The position numbers were made by a program, and so were the translations under genes. From the NCBI GenBank assembly GCA_963834385.1, contig CAWIBO010000001.1, positions 1 through 64,000 on the forward strand: a stretch of DNA of 64,000 bases, given 5' to 3'. The notes under the pieces were generated by a model. That model ran no database searches, was not told the origin of the DNA, and saw only the letters and a list, made by a program, of their open reading frames with translations. Shown here piece after piece: positions 63,504-64,000 of the stretch. Positions within the stretch are counted from its first letter, which is position 1. Each line of letters begins with the position of its first letter. The DNA is from an uncultured Verrucomicrobiae bacterium (lineage in GTDB: Bacteria; Verrucomicrobiota; Verrucomicrobiia; Chthoniobacterales; UBA10450).

Positions 63504-64000
63504 ATGACCGTCGACCCGCCTTCCTCTCCCAGCCTCGCTTTTGACCAGCGCGCCTGTTTCGTCGCCGGCCAGGCCAAATCCGGGACCACCCTGCTCGTGG
63601 CCCTGCTCGATGGACACCCGGAATTGCTTTCGCTCCCGGAAGAGACCGCCTATTTCCCGACTGTTCTGACCAAGTTCGGGCAGCGCTCCCGGCGCGAGCA
63701 GTTCGATTACCTGGTGGAGCAATCGCTTTCCAACGTCCTCTTTGGCGGGACCTGCAAATGGGGCCGGCGCGATTATTCCTGGTTCCCCACGCGGCAGTTC
63801 CGGGAAACCTTCGAGCGCCGCGCCTTCGATCCCGCCAACGTGCAACGCGACCTGCTGGTCCTGATGGTGGAAGCCTATGCCGAAACCATCGGGCGCGACC
63901 CGGCTGGCGTGACCCGATGGGTGGAAAAGACACCGGCGAACCGGAATCATCTGCCGGCCATCCTGGCCCGGTTCCCGCAGGCGAAAATTCTGATGACCAT
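63504..64000 (+). CDS. sulfotransferase family protein, 3'-partial
   Basis: Manual translation: FVAGQAKSGTTLL.ALLDGHPE...EET (PAPS loop) and WVEKTP. Confidence 0.88.
   Translation, partial: MTVDPPSSPSLAFDQRACFVAGQAKSGTTLLVALLDGHPELLSLPEETAYFPTVLTKFGQRSRREQFDYLVEQSLSNVLFGGTCKWGRRDYSWFPTRQFRETFERRAFDPANVQRDLLVLMVEAYAETIGRDPAGVTRWVEKTPANRNHLPAILARFPQAKILMT

Overview
GC-rich bacterial chromosome segment, most likely Verrucomicrobiota (Chthoniobacterales-like; inferred from the L28 sequence, a C-terminal NLS[AT]RG repeat domain and a TolB-N/TPR protein). It carries housekeeping genes (rpmB, acpP, nth, hflX, miaA, trmB, msrA, mgtE, comEC, tmRNA), fatty-acid genes, a lysine-catabolism set (lat, ALDH7 and a putative DUF1338/HglS-like enzyme) and a toxin-antitoxin patch at the left end. 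The main feature is a ~15 kb redox cluster (38.3-53.5 kb): tandem GlcG/HbpS haem-binding protein, outer-membrane beta-barrel, a ~1260 aa decahaem/beta-propeller protein, ferredoxin, a second decahaem cytochrome, a putative di-haem-b membrane protein, a 2x cNMP-binding/4x[4Fe-4S] protein, a c554-like tetrahaem and an NADPH flavoreductase. Together these could form a cyclic-nucleotide-regulated trans-envelope electron chain. Elements missing from the ORF track include a candidate sigma54-dependent sRNA, a double-glycine precursor-like peptide, a PIN toxin, a truncated ParE and palindromic operators around a wHTH gene. Eleven frameshifts, all +1, and one in-frame TAG look like sequencing errors. 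All family calls come from motif recognition by eye; no searches were run.
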